Of a stretch of DNA of 64,000 bases, positions 22,534 through 38,557 are shown in pieces (the first letter of the stretch is position 1; the number at the start of each line of letters is the position of its first letter). This DNA comes from Trichosphaerium sp. ATCC 40318 (taxonomy: Eukaryota; Protista; Tubulinea): the NCBI GenBank assembly GCA_038496445.1, contig JALMLS010000479.1:1-64000 (forward strand), given 5' to 3'. Under the pieces are notes generated by a model. That model worked only from the letters and a program-made list of their open reading frames with translations. It was not told the DNA's origin and made no database searches. The position numbers and the translations under genes are program-made.

Positions 22534-24318
22534 TTAGTGCTGAAAGCACCATTGTTCTTCTAACTTTCCGTTCCTGTTCCACTCTTTGTATACACTATGA
22601 AGCTTTCCATAGGCATAGTAGCATTCTTTTTGTAACTTTCCATTATTGTGACACTACTTGTACTTTTTATTCAAAACACCATTTTCATAACAGCATTTTA
22701 GCTTTATATGCCCTGTATCATACCATTCTTTGTATTTCTTGTCCATCTTCCCGTTTAAACAGAACCCGTGTTTCTTCATCTTACCATTGGCATACCATTC
22801 CTTGTACTCTCCGTCAACAATACCCATGTTACAAAAGTAATGTTTGTGTTTCTGGCCTTTCGGATACCATTCTTTGTACTCACCATTCAACTCACCTTTG
22901 ACATAGAAACAATGTTTTAGTAAGTCCCCACGCCAGTTCCATCGTTTATACTCTTTATCCAACTTATCATCAACATAAGAACATTGAATCATCAATTTAC
23001 CATCCCAATGCCACTTATTGTAATCTCCATGTAACTTGTCATTGACATAAAAGCAAAGAGTACGTATATTCCCATCTTTGATCCACTCCTTATACTGTCC
23101 TTGGCGCTTGCCATTACTGTAAGTACATTCCGTCCAAAATCGGCCTTTGGCATTTACTTCCTTGTATTTTCCATCAAGCTTGCCATCAACATAAAAACAG
23201 TGCTTGTATATTTGACCATTGACATGCCACTCCTTGTACTCTCCTTCCAACTGACCTTTGACGTAAACATAAAGTGCTTCCAATTTACCACTTTTAAACC
23301 ACTTCTTGTACACTCCTTTCAACAGACCTTTATCATAAAAACAGCTAACCTTCAACTGTCCGTTCGAATGCCACTTCAAAAACTCGCCATTTTTTTTACC
23401 ATCTGAGTACATGCAATGTAGACATAAACGTCCGTACCACCACTCTTCATATTCATTATTTAACTTACCATTAACATAAAAGCAATCTTTATACAGCTCT
23501 CCATCTTGATTAAACTCCTTGTACTCATAATTCAAGACTCCCTTTTTGTAAAAACAATTTGTCTTTAAATGGCCATTTCTATGGAAATCTTGATAACTCC
23601 CGTTCAACTTATTGTTCTCATAGAAGCTATGTATTTGTAATCTACTTTTATCATACCACTTCTTGTATTCGCCATGAAGCTGGCCTTTAACGTAAATACA
23701 TTGCAAAAGTAAGTCACCCCCGACATCCCACAGTTGGTGCTCTCCATGTAATTTGCCACCAACATAACCACTTTGTATTTTTAGGTGACCATTTCTGTAC
23801 CACTCTGTATATTTACCGTCCAATTCACCTCTTTCGTATACAAGCAATGCTTCAAAGGCACTCCATTGGTATGCCACTCTTTATAGTCGCCTCTCAACTT
23901 TCCATTGTTATAAAAACACTTTTTCTTCACGTGGCCTGCTTTGAAAAATGTTGTTTGCTCTCCGTGTCGTCTACCGCGCTTCCAAGAACCATTTCCTACA
24001 AAAACGTGGGTTTATAATATCACCTTTTAAAGTTCTTACCTCGTAACCAGACTTTGCTGCTATTACTTTTTGATGACACGTATTTTTTCCATTTTCCATG
24101 TTTTCTCAGTTTAGAATCATACCTTGAGCTAGTTGCTGCGTATTTTGACAATATTGGCCATTTACAATAAGCTGTGTTATCAAAATCAATAATACAAAGA
24201 TGTATCTCAACTGGTAGATGTAAAAGGGAGTCACATTGGCCGTAAGAGGTGTTTTTCTGGAGTTGTTATTACCAATACGTGAACTCATAAACAGAGGTAC
24301 CTCTAGTCTTGATGTCAT
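22534..24318 (-). pseudogene. F-box-like + MORN-variant repeat protein, disrupted copy
   Basis: MTSRLE|(44-nt intron)KNTSYGQCDSLLHLPVEIHLCIIDFDNTAYCKWPILSK...KHGKW, a second intron, then many G-x-YKEW-x-x-NG repeats. Frameshift at ~23838 (ttgTAtacgaa). Premature TAG at 22654-22656, after which the repeats continue in frame to 22534. Confidence 0.85.
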
Positions 24319-24499
24319 TGGAAGGTTGTTCCACCTTTTTATACAATGTCAAATATTAATAGCGTGGTGCCGTTGTTTATATAATGTGTAACATAAAACT
24401 GTAAGTTTATTGGTAAACGTTGTTTAACTTGTTATTTGAATATTAAGAGTTTTCAGCTGAATTCAATGTTTAACAGTTTTTTGAATTTTGTCCCTTGCA

Positions 24500-26010
24500 G
24501 TGGACCTTCCATAGAGCATGAGGAAGTATTAGGAAATGATTGATGCGCATTAAAGGTAGCTCTAATCAAAAAAGTAATCGGTTCGGTAATACACGTGAAG
24601 AAAATCAATCAGCGAACGGGTAAGTCAAATTTGAACTTAGTGGTTTTTTCCCTGGTTTCAAGTTACAACAATGATCGTAAGCATAGTTCAATAATGAGGC
24701 TCCTCACCCGATAAACAGACTCTTGTATACCAGATTACAATATGGTACTATGCCTCAGTCATTGTGTAAAAGTAACAACTGTACAATACTAAAGTGAAAA
24801 CGTTTAACTTAATCTAGTAAATACAACGTCTCCATAAAGGCCATCAAGAGTGAATGTCATTACACCTTGTTGATTCTCTTTAAAATTTACCCATTGTTCA
24901 TTACATCATAGCTAGCTTTGCTAGATAGTTGGCTGAGCTGTACATTTGTCCAGCAGGTCTAGACCACGCTATGTCAAACGGTAAGCAAGTTCGGCAACAT
25001 GTCTATGCAAAAAATCGCACCCAAGTCGAACAGTTTCACAGGGTCTCCGTTTGGATAGTATCTAAAACGATGAGTACGCATGATAACTACTTCTTGTTTA
25101 CCCCTTTGCCATACGTGCTCTTACACTTGGTGTGAAGTCATTCCCTGTATCGCGCATGGCAAGTTTGCTTGAAATGTTTTCAGACACCATTGTTTCAAAA
25201 GCTGTGTTGTATACTTTCTCCGCTATCAGGTTACCAACAAGGCTGAACCCAAATCTTAGGCACAAAGAGTTAACTCATTTACGTTACTAAAAGGGGGAGC
25301 GTACTCGAGTATGAAGGTCTGTGCCATTGAGGAGAAATAACTCTTCTTTCAGCAAGGCGTTGTAGGATGACGTCTGTTGGTCCATCGCAGTGTTTGAAGC
25401 TGCATGTGCCTCTCTTGGTAACCCAGACATCTAAGAAGCCAACGCACGCCAGGTTAGAGCTGGCGAAGCTCCGAAGGGATCTTGGATTTTGAAAGGTACT
25501 TGCTTTGCCACAGGAGCATCCAATGACAACTGGTACAAAGAACTCAGTTAGTTGGAGTAGCCTTTTAACCGAAGAATAAAAATCACGTGCACGTCAATGT
25601 TTGGATAGTTGGAAATATCTTCGTAACAATCCTAGCAGTGGTGAGCGGAGGTGTTGAGGGTTTCCCTTGTCGCCTTACTTAAAGAGAGTGTCAACATCTG
25701 GTGGCAACTTTGTTGTCGTGTCCTTCTCCTAAGTTGAACGTCCAAATGATTTTATCTTTGTAAACTGCTGTAGGTGCCAGGATTGGAGTATTTAAAAATT
25801 GAAAAAAGTGCGATTGTAAGCTGAAACAGATCATCTAATGAAGTACTGAAAGTCAAATGATTATTTCTGTCTGCTCTCTTTTAGCGACTAAAGAACTGGT
25901 GTTATTCTCTGCAAGTTCATAGTGTTGATACATCTGTCTCAGGAGCGATGCTATGTCTTGAACAACAGGTGTGGAATAACAGACGTTAGTATTACTAGCA
26001 ATGTTCCAAA
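24500..26010 (-). pseudogene. Serine beta-lactamase / class C (LACTBL1-like) family pseudogene
   Basis: Motifs PPDVDTLFK|IVTKIF (SxxK region lacking Gly-Ser), TWRALAS*MSGLPRE (TAG at 25431-25433), RPSYS..GFSLVGNLIAEKV and PAGQMYSSANYLAK, with frameshifts. Ends approximate. Confidence 0.8.
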
Positions 26011-26410
26011 CGGATAGATTGCAAAATATCTGAAAATCGAATCGGCATAGAGTCGACTATTTCCAACTTTTCACGTTTTGGCGATAGATTCGGTACATCG
26101 CTAAGTATGACATGACACATGAATAGTCTTCTTGTTTAGAACGTTCAAGTACAAGTTTAAAGCACGTGGTAGGAATTGAGTCATTGCTTTGACGTTAACT
26201 AAAAACCTGCTGACAAAGATGAATCAATAAAAAGGTAAGTGAATTGGTTAGAAAGTTATCATCACTGAATAATTGAGGGCATGTTCAATTACAAAAAACC
26301 AAGTATGCATAGATAACAAGGTCACTTATTATCTTTTAACAAAAAAAAGCCATGGCACTTAGACTCATTCTTTATTAAACATTTGTGGTCTTATTTGTTC
26401 TTTTATCTAT

Positions 26411-28617
26411 TTACAACAAGACACCTTTCCTAGGTGTTTGTGCCGTTTTGGTTTTTTTCTTATCAAAATCTTTTGTACTCTCAGCAACAAACGCTACAGC
26501 TTCCCTCAAGTGACCAAGACGTTGTACATCCTCTTCAGTAGGTTGCACCTTCATTTGTATACGTGTTACAGGTTCAACACCTTCTACATCTAAAAAAGTA
26601 CAAACATGAGTTTGTTAAAAAGAAAGAAGTGTAACCAAAATCTTTGAGCACCTGTGTAGAGTTTGTGGTAAACCTTCAAGTTTAGTGGGAACAAGTGATC
26701 TACAGTCATAGTAGATAAACTTAAAAACCTGTGAAGTAGCTGAGCACCATCCTTTTGGGTATTGTAGTGTGCACATAACCCAGCTATAAAACATTACAAT
26801 AATGAAAAGTTTAACAAAGAGAAAATGCAAAAAAGTGATACCATAGAGTTTAGGAAAGAAGCATGCAGCGTTTCCAATATACCTTGAAAATAGTCAGGTC
26901 AGAAAGAAAGGAAACCAAACTTCTTATAAAAAAACGAACCCATGAGCGCCAAGTTTGAGTCCATCCAAAAGAGCAGTAGTGTTACCAATAAAGTAATGTG
27001 TTCCTGGGTACATAGCTAACCATATATTAGATGAGCTACTAACAAGCAACATGCACTCATTAATAATATAATATATACATACCAAGGTTTGCCATACGAT
27101 TAGCTATATGAGATACTTTGCCACTGCCATCAACGAACATAACAAACTTTCCAAGAGTCAACAAGTAAACGAACATTTCTAAATTATTTAGCATTTTGTG
27201 CGTTTTGTTACAAAGCACGTGGATTTAAAATAATCTAAAAATGTGGGTACCATCTGATATACTAAATTTTGAAGGTAGTGGGGCTTCATAGAAACCAAGT
27301 GGGATATCTCCTGTCAACGCAAGCAACTCTGATAAATTATTTCGTAAGGTAACAACACTGTGTGTGGTTGTAGACTTCATCTGTACGAGGATGTAAGTAA
27401 TTAACAACATAAACTATATTGCGACATACAAGTGCGACTGGAGTAAGAAGAACTGCAGAAACTCCTACATCATAGAGCTTCTAGGAGGTTGTCAAAAAAC
27501 AAGTGAAAAGGTTTACTAAAAGTACCTTTATGAAGTCTGCATGGTTTTGTGTTGACATTGATTCGCTTACTGTGCCCACTGCTATTACAGGTAAAGCTCC
27601 CTATTTATTGTTTTAGTTGAATAACAACTGCGTAACTTGATAGACTCCAGCCTTGTAAAAATTACAGGAACTGAGAGGAACTCAACAAAAAAAAAAAGAA
27701 ACGTACGTTTACTCTATCAACAACTCGCTTGACGAGCTGAATGCGTTCCTCAGGGGATAATCTATGCATTTCTGAAGCATGTGATAAAGCTACAATGCCT
27801 GAGCAACCCTGGTTAATAAACCAATCGGTAATAGAATCAACCCTAGCAACAATAAATGACGCAGAAACTTTAAAAACAACTTACACATCCCAAAGAATGC
27901 CATTAGGTTTTTGAGTGTTGTAAGGAACAAACATCATAGCCCATGCCCCACGTCTTATCTTTTTTCCCATAATACCTACACGAACCTAAAATGACAGTCA
28001 GTGTGGCGCTGGGAAGGTCTGATGAAATAGGGAGAGGTTTATAATTAAAATGTCGCCAATTCAGCTAATAGAGGAAATAGAATGATGCGGTTCGCCTAAT
28101 CAATAGCTAGTGGTAGTATACCTGTTGGGCACCATTTTTTAACTGCTGATTCTCAGGCTCAACTTTCAAACCAGCTTCGTATGCTTTGGCAGCTTCATCA
28201 AAGTCTCTAGATAGCGCCAAAGCCATTCCTTTGCGTAAATATCCCTTTTAGAGAAATTAGTTTACAAAAACGTTAAAGATCTGTGTGGCACCTTTGACCA
28301 ATCTGGTTTAAGCTCTATGGCTTTTCTGGCATCGTTTAGAGCGGATGGAAAATTACCCATTCTCGCATGAGCTGCAGACCGATTACTGTACAGTATGTGA
28401 CTCTCTTGAACTTTCATAGCGTCCGTGTAGAGTTTAGCAGCCTCTGAGTACTTCCCAGCTTTAAATAAAGCGTTACCTTCATCTTTTAACTTTTGAGCCT
28501 ATTAAACGCGTTAAGAGCGCATTTGGGCACTTTTAATCAGCTGGTACAATGCGTCCGTTACAAAACGCAACAAAAAATGCTTTCGTAGTGTCTCACCTGT
28601 ACCGTAGCGTCAGTCAT
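26411..28617 (-). CDS. TPR (STI1/HOP-like, 3 repeats) fused to a DHDPS/DapA-like TIM barrel lacking the catalytic Lys, multi-exon
   Basis: TPR: AQKLKDEGNALFKAGKYSEAAKLYT..LYSNRSAAH..KPDWSKGYLRKG. DHDPS-like: GAWAMMFVPY, DWFINQGCSGIVALSHASEMHRLSPEERIQLVKRVV, LPVIAVG, IPLGFYEAPLP, GKFVMFVDGSG. Confidence 0.82.
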
Positions 28618-28862
28618 CCTATCAAGCTTGTTTTTCGGGGTTTTTTGGTGTAAGTCAATAAAACTTGAACTAAAACGCGTCTTTGAAACAGACGGGAATA
28701 ATGATAATACTAGTTTGCCCTGGCAGTGTCTTAGCCTTAATTGAGAAGCCTGGTACTCTCGGCGACTCACTGCTGACTTTTTAAATTGCAAATTAAACAA
28801 GGCGGCGATTTTTTTTTTTTGGTCCAAGTTTTTTTTTTAATTGCCAGTAGATTCTGTTAGTA

Positions 28863-31049
<2,187 letters not shown>

Positions 31050-31916
31050 GAGGGATGTACCTGATAGGCATTGGTTTTTTCTACGGCTTTTTTTTCGAGT
31101 GGTGGTTCTTGGTTTGTATGGACTGCCACGAGGATTGGAGGTCGTCTTAGAAAGGCGGAGTTTGCTTTTTCGACTTTGACGCAAGGCTGACAGGTTTTTC
31201 TTGACCTTTTTGTATATTGTTGCTGTATCCAAACACAACACCCCCAAGAAACCATAAAATAAATAATTCAAAAAAAAAGAAAAAAAGAAGAAAAAAAAAC
31301 AAAAAAAAAAAGACACATGACAAACAAGTACCAATGACTCTTTTTGGACATACGTTGAATGTAATTAACAATAAATATTGTGGGAAAAAGATGGGCTTAT
31401 AATAACGTAATAACTGCGCAGAAATACCAAAAATAAGCACTTACACAATAAGCTTGTTAGTGCACGGTTTCTTTGTTGCGATGCAGAGATTTGCGTTTAT
31501 TTCAACTTTTGATCATTGTCTTTGAAAACAGAGTATAGGCCATTTTAGGCTGTTATTTTTTTGTAACGCACGTGTCATTGGTCACCGATGACAGTTACAG
31601 AATGTGCGCGAAAAACAACTTAAACGATTTTTGGTCTTATCTGGTGAGAGGTACTACTGACTCAGAATGCCAGTTATGTGGTTTACAGATAATAATGTAT
31701 AAATGAGTTTATGTAGGCAAGGTGGAGGAATTTAACCTCGAATGTTTCCATTGTGACACATTGGTAAAATAACTTTTATCGCTATGTTCTCAAAGACTGA
31801 ACAGATGAAGGATTGCCATAGAATGATAAACTAAAGAGGCTAATCTTTTTCCCGTAAGGGATTTGTGTTTGTTGGAAAAAAGTTTGTTTACATAATTTGT
31901 GTGTAACAAGGTGAAT

Positions 31917-33933
31917 CTAAAAAGAGAATTCATCACTGTCTGTAGAAACGCCTGACATTTCATCATCAAGAGGCTCTAATTCTGATACTGATCTTCTTTG
32001 TGGTGTAGTTGTACTTTAGGGATTCATGTTAATTCAAGCAAGCAAAAGTAGTGGACTAATAAATACGTACAATACTGGTGCAAATCCTTTTCTCTTTTGT
32101 ATTTTCTTTCTACTGAACAGCTTCCTCAGTACAACAAAGAACACCACACAAAGTGCCATGAGTATTAAAAACGTTATGGTAATTGATATAATAGCCCACA
32201 AAGGGATTTTGGTTCCCTTGTCGTTGTCATCGTCAACCTTAAAAAGAAATTAGACCCAAATGTATGAGGAATGTTGTGTACATGAGAAGTGTTGGTATGA
32301 GGTTTTGGTGTCACCACGTTTATAGTTCGAGCCCAGATTTCAATTCCAAAGTAGTACTGTGTGACACCCTTCGATTTACCTGTCCAAACGACTACTACGT
32401 CTTCTGGTGATGAAGCTATCGTGAGGCTAGAGTAAAAGCTTGAAACATTGTGATGTTGACAAGTTATGTTGTTCTTTTCTCCTGTAGAATTTCCTCTAAA
32501 GACAAACAATCAACTCTCAATGGCAAAATAGTTGGAGGTTATCGGTGAGAGAATGGTCACGTGATTTTTGATTTTTGGGTTATGGCGTACGATGCACTGA
32601 ACTCCTTGCTATGTATCTCAGTGTCAACAGTTGTCGGGTTTACCAAAGTAGATGTATCCCACACAAGTAAGTATTTGTCGTCACCTTCGAAATAAGCAAC
32701 TTGTGGTCTCTCTACGTTACTAGGTTGCTCTTCCATGATAAATGGCTCATCTTGGATACAAGAGTTAAAAATAACGAAGTTAACATCAGCCCTGTATCTA
32801 ATCAAAAGTACCTGAAAGCTTATTTCCCTCCTTGTCCAAGAATTGACCGTAAATGTGCTTGTGAAACCAAACTATCAAATACTCTGATTCGACCTTGTTG
32901 AATGCTATTGAAGTGGGCATTGCCCAAGCTGGCGTTTCGTTGGTAGGAGATACGATGAAAGGTCCGCCAATGAGTAAACCAAGGTTAGAAACTAAATGAC
33001 CGCGCCTACAAACCTCAAGGATTAAAAAAAGAAAGCTACAAAAAAAAAAGCAAAATATCATATCGTACGCAATGAAGTCACTCCCTGTCCACACGACGCA
33101 GTAGTTATTATCAACAGTGTTATGAGCTACTACTGGGTGATCAGCATACGCAGTATCTGTTCCAGTATTGCTTATTTGAACAGGTAATGATGTGAGTGTG
33201 CCATGAGGAGATACTAATTTTCCAAAGATTTCTATTGTTTTGGTATCGAATCGTTTAGTCTCATAAACAACAAAATATCGGTTATTTACAGGATTGTATA
33301 CACCAACAGGTTGAGCAGAACCATACTGCTGATCTTCAGGATGGCCGCTATTGGTTAGACGCCAGTGATTACCTCCAGGAGAGCCATCAGTGTTTATATT
33401 CAACATGTATATTTCTTCGTTTACTGCATCGGCAGGTATTCCTTCAAAGAACACCATATACCCATCTCTTCCTGGATCGTGAGCTACATGTGGATGCTTC
33501 GTACTTCCGTGTTTTACAACGTGGGAACCAGCACTTTCTATAATTTCGTGTATAGCGCCCATGTCGCCGTTTCCGTAGAGGACTCTTGAAAACAAACGAT
33601 AAGAGAAGCCTTCGTCTAACATCCAAACAGCAAGATATTCATTTCTATCAGCGTTGTAACTAATAGACGCTGCTGTCGCTTCAGTATGATTCAATCCTCC
33701 TGATATTTGCGAACATTGACACTTGACGTTGCGCGCGTGATACGAGAGTATGAGCAATACGACGGAGAGTAGAAAGGTCCGTGTTTGTGTCTAATAAAAA
33801 TGTTTTTTTAGCGGGTGTGTTTAAATTAACAAAGAAGGCTTGAGTCACGTGATAGATATCAAGAAAAACAATTTATGGCGTTATCACATTGTTATGTTCG
33901 TAAAGTACGTACTGTAACGTTGCCACTACGCAT
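31917..33933 (-). CDS. Type I membrane protein with repeated beta-propeller-like ectodomain blades
   Basis: Hydrophobic N-terminus (TFLLSVVLLILSY); repeats ISYNADRNEYLAVW, VAHDPGRDGYMVFF, VYNPVNNRYFVVY, VAHNTVDNNYCVVW, IAFNKVESEYLIVW, VAYFEGDDKYLLVW; TM segment followed by a basic stretch near 32100-32210; acidic tail. First exon (ATG 33933) inferred. Confidence 0.75.
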
Positions 33934-34686
33934 TAGGTACATCAACAAGTGAGAAAATCTCGATGAGGCTTTGACGGGAGAACAGAAAAACTTAACACTT
34001 GGTAACGTAGAATTCTTGTGGGAAAAAAAAAGTCACGTGTACCAAATTGACCTTTGTAAACTTTTCATTGGTGTTAGCTATGACAAAAGAAGTATTGGAG
34101 ATGCTTGAGAGCGTGTACACCAACCGCATTGCCACAAAATGTCAAAACATAGACAACGCGGTCTGTTAATCCTAGTAAACGCATGGTGGGTCTAGCGCGT
34201 TTGTCTGCGACGTCGCGGCTAAGAAATCACAATAGTGTGACTTGACACGGCCGTAGTGTCATGCAGAGAGTAATCAACGCAGAGTTTAATGGATATTGGC
34301 TATAATTACGCCAAGAGTTTCGCTTTCAGTGGAATCCCAACCAACAATCACAAATCAACTACTTGATACACAAAACGAACCTACACAACACTTTGACGTA
34401 CTACCGCATGTTGGATACTACAGTAGTGGAGAAAAACGTAACAATTGTTTATAAGCGCACCGAGAGAATTATTGCGACGTACGTACAACTCACACGCGAA
34501 GTGGTAAACCTATTTACATGTTTGAATGAAGCAAAGGCTCGCGTTGATAGAAATTGCAGTCAATTTTCAGTCAATCTAAAAAGCGCGCTCAGAATTATTT
34601 AGAAAATAACTATGGTTGTTACCACTACACGTAGTTTATAAACAAAATCGCATTAGGAGAAATACGACGAGCAAATTGTTTTAAAA

Positions 34687-37600
34687 ATGACCGAAAGCGC
34701 CAAAAAAGTTTCCTTGGTCGACGTAGATAGGTAAAACAACTCAAAATTATGTTATAAATGGTATTTTAAAAAAACCTATTTTACAGATACGAGAAAGCAC
34801 GCCGTTTGCTCACATTAATGTACTATTACAAAGGACAAATGGACCGTATCGAGAAGCGAAAGGGTACAGTCTATTTCAAGACAATTACATCGTTTTTTCT
34901 TTTTCAATCAAAACAAATCATCAAACAAACAACGCCAGCGCATTGCTGATTTAACACCTACACTGACTAGCATATAAAGGTAAACCAAAAACAGCACCAA
35001 AGCCTAAAAAGAGAACAATTGCTAGGGTATCAAACGTTTCAACACAACCAGCTGCAAAGAAGCAAAAGACAATATTTATACCACCTTCAAATGTAATAGT
35101 ACAAGAGAAAAAATCACCAGCGTATAATCTTCCACCAACTTTCCCTGACTTCGAGTGGAAGCAAGAGAACCTTCTATTCAGACAGACATTCCCTAAAGCA
35201 AGGCTTGCATCAGACGAGGTACAAATACAACAAAACCAAGCCTCTAACGCCTCAAAACACTTGACAAATTTACAATCAAAATAACCTTACCAAATGGTTC
35301 TATTTGAAAGTTGACGTCTTCAGTACTTGTCTGAGGTCATCAACTTTTTTTTTTCTTTGGATTTTTTTTTTGATTGTTTGTTTGCTCTTCCTTCTCCTTC
35401 TTCTTTCTCTCTTTTTGTCTGTTGTTTAACTTTTTTCTTTAGCAAGATAAAGTACAACAATTAGCTATGATGGATGCAGTAGAACTTGAACTATTATTGA
35501 TTCTACAGAGCTTTGAAGGAAAATCACAACTTACTATTGATGTAAAAGATTTCTTTAGACAGTTCCGTGGAATACCTGATTACAAGGTTACATTCTCTCG
35601 TATGCATCCAGCTATCAAACAAGCATTAAGTGGATGTAAAACGAAGCTATCTAAAGAATTTTTCCAATTCTTCACACGTGAGGGTATCTCTGTTATCAAG
35701 CCTTATCTAACGCCTGACCTTATTCAACGATACAATGCCATGAAGGTAAACATAAAACTTTTTTTTTTTCTTCAATGTTTTTTTTTCTTGTTTTTTCGTT
35801 GTTGTTTGATTAATCCATGTGTTGATGATAGGGTGATTATATTTATGATTTGATACCAGGAGATGTTATTCATTATGCGTTTTCACCTGCTGAAATGGAT
35901 ATAATCAATAAGTGTATGCCAGTAACAAAGAATAACATTACAATAGTAGCGAGGTATGTTTTGGGTCACACGAATTTGTTTTTTTGGTTTGTTTAGTAAT
36001 GGGTTTTGTAGTAAACTTCCAGGGAGAACAGAACGTGATATTATCAGATTTTTACATCATAGAGATACAGCGCCACCTGAAAAACCGCTTAAACAAAATC
36101 CTTTTATTATAAGGGAGCCAATATGCAACCCAAGTGAGTTACTTTGTATTTAATCTACTTCACATACTTCAAAAGCGGATATCAAGTCTTACCTTTTTCT
36201 CCCTTTCTTTAGTACAAAAGAAACGTAAGTCAACTACAACACATAAAATGCTACAACTCAAGGAGTATGGCTCAAAGGCGTCCAAGATATGGAATGTATG
36301 TTATGGGTCAAATTTTTTTTTGATGCAGGTCATCGTATCAAGTTAATCTTCTATTTAGAATAAGCGGTCTGTGCACTACAATATGTTAAGTAAATTGACA
36401 AAGATGAGAATATCTAATAAACCATCTGATGGTATTGTAGACGTAAAACTCAATCGAACATGGTAACAGCACTCTCTAGATGAAAAATGTTTTCAGTTTC
36501 TTTTTTTTTTTTTTGACATTTTGTATTTAGTACAAAGTTGTTATGTGGTACTGCCAGAAAGGATGCAGAGCGAGATAACATATCACTTCTTTATGATCTA
36601 GAAAAAGGAACTGTAAGAGTTTTAAAGGAGCATATGGATACTGTATCTAGAAGTCTGTTTTCCAATGATGACAAGCACATTGTCACATCATCGTACGTTT
36701 ATCAATGTTTGTTTGACGACATTGATTGACTCTGCTTGTAGATATGATGGTACTATTATAGTACGTCCTGTAGATACTTGTATTCCAGAGACTATAATAC
36801 GTATGGAAAACAATGGAGGGTTAGCTAACAAGATTCTTGATATTCGTTTGCATCCAAGAGAAAACGATCTTATAGCATCCATGACTGAGAAAGAGTACAC
36901 TTTTAACTCTCTTCCGTTATACTTTCGATAAACTAACTGTCTATTACAGAATTCACCTTTGGAAGTTTGGTCAAGAGACTCCTGTGCGAACTGTTGTGCC
37001 TCCTCAAGAAGGGTAAGGAAGAACTGAACAAACACAGAGTGCAAGCGACTTATTTTTACCTTAGGACATTGATTGATCTTGAGTTTGCGGGTGCTGGTGA
37101 CTTTGAACATATATTGGTTTGTGCAGAGATGTATCAAGATACTGGACAGGGTTGTGTTCATCTATATAATGTGAACAAGACTCAAATGCTTTATCATATT
37201 CTTGAGAATACTATGGTTAATGCTATTGGTGTTGATAATGAACATAGATATATGTATGCAACAAAGGATGTTGTAAAGATGTATGATATGAGACAGCTTT
37301 CAAAAAAACCAATCAAAAAGTTCAGGACAGGTCAAACTGATACAAACTCTATTTCTTTCAGCCCTTGTCAGCGGTTTGTTCAAATCAGTGGTACAAACAA
37401 CTGTTGTGTTATTTGCGATGTTAGATTTGGTAGAAGGCCTTTATACTATCTACAACATACACCAGTTCCAGTTACAGCAAATACAGGCATTATAGGTATA
37501 ACAGGAGCTAACTGGTACGTTTCCCAACATTATCCTTGATTATTTATTGCGTATATTTTGAGCGAAACTTTTCCTGAGAATTTCATACATCTTTTCCTTT

Positions 37601-38557
37601 AAGCACGTGATTTCTTTTACTGTTTGTTTTTTTTTCAAAAGATCTTTTGATACATGTTCCTTTTGCTTGCAATTTGTTTTGCATGTGATAAAAAGAGTTG
37701 TACCATGGTAGGACTAACTTTTCTTTTTTTTACTTCAAGGTACACGAGCAGTTTTATTGTTACTGGAGGAGAAGATAAAAATGTGAGGGTTTGGGATTTA
37801 TCACGTGCGAATCCACAAATTGCAAAGTATGAAGGTTCAGCGCATATAAGTGCTTTGGATGTATCGCGTCATGGAGATATGATTGTTGCTGGTGATGAAG
37901 CTACTTCAGTGTTTTTATGGACTTTGGAAGATGGTACTTTAAACAAAAAAGCAATTTTTTTTGTAATGTTGTTTCGTACTGATGTATTTATTATAGATGT
38001 CCGTTATCTTCTTCAAGATAATAATAGTGTGATAGAAGCTGGTGGTGTCATGCAAGTTGAAGAACCTCAAGATATGGAGAATGTGGAGGTTGATATTGAA
38101 GTGCTAAATAGAGCTTTACGAGAACGAAGAGCTCAAATGGCTGACTATCAAGCTGCAGCTATCAATGGTGCTAATAATAACCAAATACCTATTCAACCAG
38201 TAGATGCTCCAGTATTAATTGAACCAATGGACCTTGATATGGTTAACGATGACGAAGACGAAGATAGTGGTCCTGAACTAGAAATGAATTTTAGTGGCAC
38301 GTTTTTTTTGCTTTTGCAATGTTTGTTTTGTTTATTTATTGCTTATGGCCTTAATAGATGGTTCTGGTGATGAAGCACATATGGGTGATATAGTTGTAAA
38401 GGCCGTATCTTCAACAAGTAACGTTGTGGTCGCTAATGTTGTTGATGATGACGATACTGCTATTGTTCCCAATGATGCTGCCAAATCCGACAGTGAGCAT
38501 CGCTTGCTATTTGACTCATCTGATTCTGAAGTATGCATTGTACTGACTGAGTCGTAA
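34687..38557 (+). CDS. WD40-repeat protein with Myb/SANT-like motif and DxR (DCAF-type) boxes, multi-exon
   Basis: KLPGRTERDIIRF (Myb-like); WD repeats LKEHMDTVSRSLFSNDDKHIVTSS, IVTGGEDKNVRVWDL; YDMR and CDVR motifs; acidic tail. The 5' end is uncertain. Confidence 0.8.
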
